NCBI RefSeq assembly: GCF_963921235.1
Contig: NC_086097.1
Span: forward strand, 52,826,001 to 52,890,000
DNA from: Mobula hypostoma
Lineage: Eukaryota
Length of the DNA: 64,000 nucleotides
Direction of reading: 5' to 3'
A program made the position numbers and the translations under genes. Positions within the stretch are counted from its first letter, which is position 1; each line of letters begins with the position of its first letter. The notes under the pieces are model-generated. The model ran no database searches. It was not told where the DNA came from and saw only the letters and a program-made list of their open reading frames with translations. This document shows, one piece after another, positions 63,036-64,000 of the stretch.

Positions 63036-63529
63036 CTGAAAAATAAAATCATGCTTAAGTCATTTAAACAACATTTCTTCTGTAATCAATAACAACTAGT
63101 AATAGATTGAAATGCCAGCCTGCAGGATGTATTTGTGATCTGCCAACATTACAATTTTAGAGGCAGGGCTATTCAACCAAGCCATGATAGAAAGTAGGGA
63201 CAGGAAGGAAAATGGATTTAGTCAGAACAATTAGTAACAACTAGAGGGTTCAATTATCATTAAACTGAAATTCAAACTAACTTTAACAATTAAACTAGTT
63301 GCAAAGGAGACTAAAATTTGAAACTTATATTGATTCTTTTTACGTGGATACTACAGACCAGTCAAAAGTAGAAAGAGCTATGTACAATTTTCCTCCAGGA
63401 GTTAAAATTCAATTTTAAAAGACAATTATATTGATTTTAAGTATAATTTTGGAGGAGTACTCTTTAAGGTTATGTGCTCAATCATCTACTTTGGGTACAC
63501 TTTTTTTTTATTTAATATATTGCTTGTCC

Positions 63530-64000
63530 TAGTATCAAACACTCAATAGTGCAGGTTGGGTACAACGTGAACCTCTTTTACATGAATCACAAACTATTAG
63601 CAGGCATGTGCATAAGGGCACATGGCTATTACAAAGTCATTGGAGTTTAGAAATGGAGAAATTTTGTTACATTTGCTTGGCTACACCTGGAGTACCATGC
63701 GGAGTTTTGAGCTACTTAAAAAAAAGCAAGCTAGGAGGCATTCAAAACAGGATTACCAGGATAATTTCTGGAACAAGAGGATTGTCCTGTCAAGAGAGGC
63801 TAAAGAGGGTGGTTTGTATTCTTTGGAGTTCAGAAAAAATAAAGAGTGATCTTATTGAAATTTATGAGATCCAAGCAGGCAAGACAACATGGATTTTGAG
63901 ACGTTTTTATTAGTGGGAGAGTTGGAACAATGGGACGTAGCTTCAAGATAAGGAGCCAGTCATTTAAAACCAAGATATGTAAAAATTGTTCTTGGAGGGT
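63530..64000 (+). mobile_element. Old CR1 3' fragment running off the window
   Basis: ORF 63608..63913 IQNRITRIISGTRGLSCQERL...SDLIEIYEI. Confidence 0.7.

Overview
AT-rich, repeat-dense vertebrate genomic DNA. The mix of CR1, L2, Rex/Babar, L1/Tx1, Penelope, V-SINE and Tc1 repeats suggests a cartilaginous fish, probably a ray (inference). The window lies inside one minus-strand gene, TXNDC16 (ERp90, an ER protein with thioredoxin-like folds). I reconstructed 12 consecutive internal coding exons by hand (63035 down to 10240; 1336 nt; GT-AG junctions; continuous frame). The first and last exons were not found and probably lie outside the window. The introns contain: a Sleeping Beauty-like Tc1 transposon with both TIRs; a full-length decayed L1/Tx1; an L1 with a twin-priming 5' inversion nested in a non-coding retroposon; a Gypsy element split by nested insertions; and several Penelope pieces whose pLTRs carry minimal hammerhead ribozymes, including a palindromic double-hammerhead insert. 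A heavily decayed region at about 28.9-32.8 kb has weak protease-RT-RNaseH-env order and may be an ancient env-bearing retrovirus-like element. Most ORFs in the supplied track are transposon fragments or spurious.
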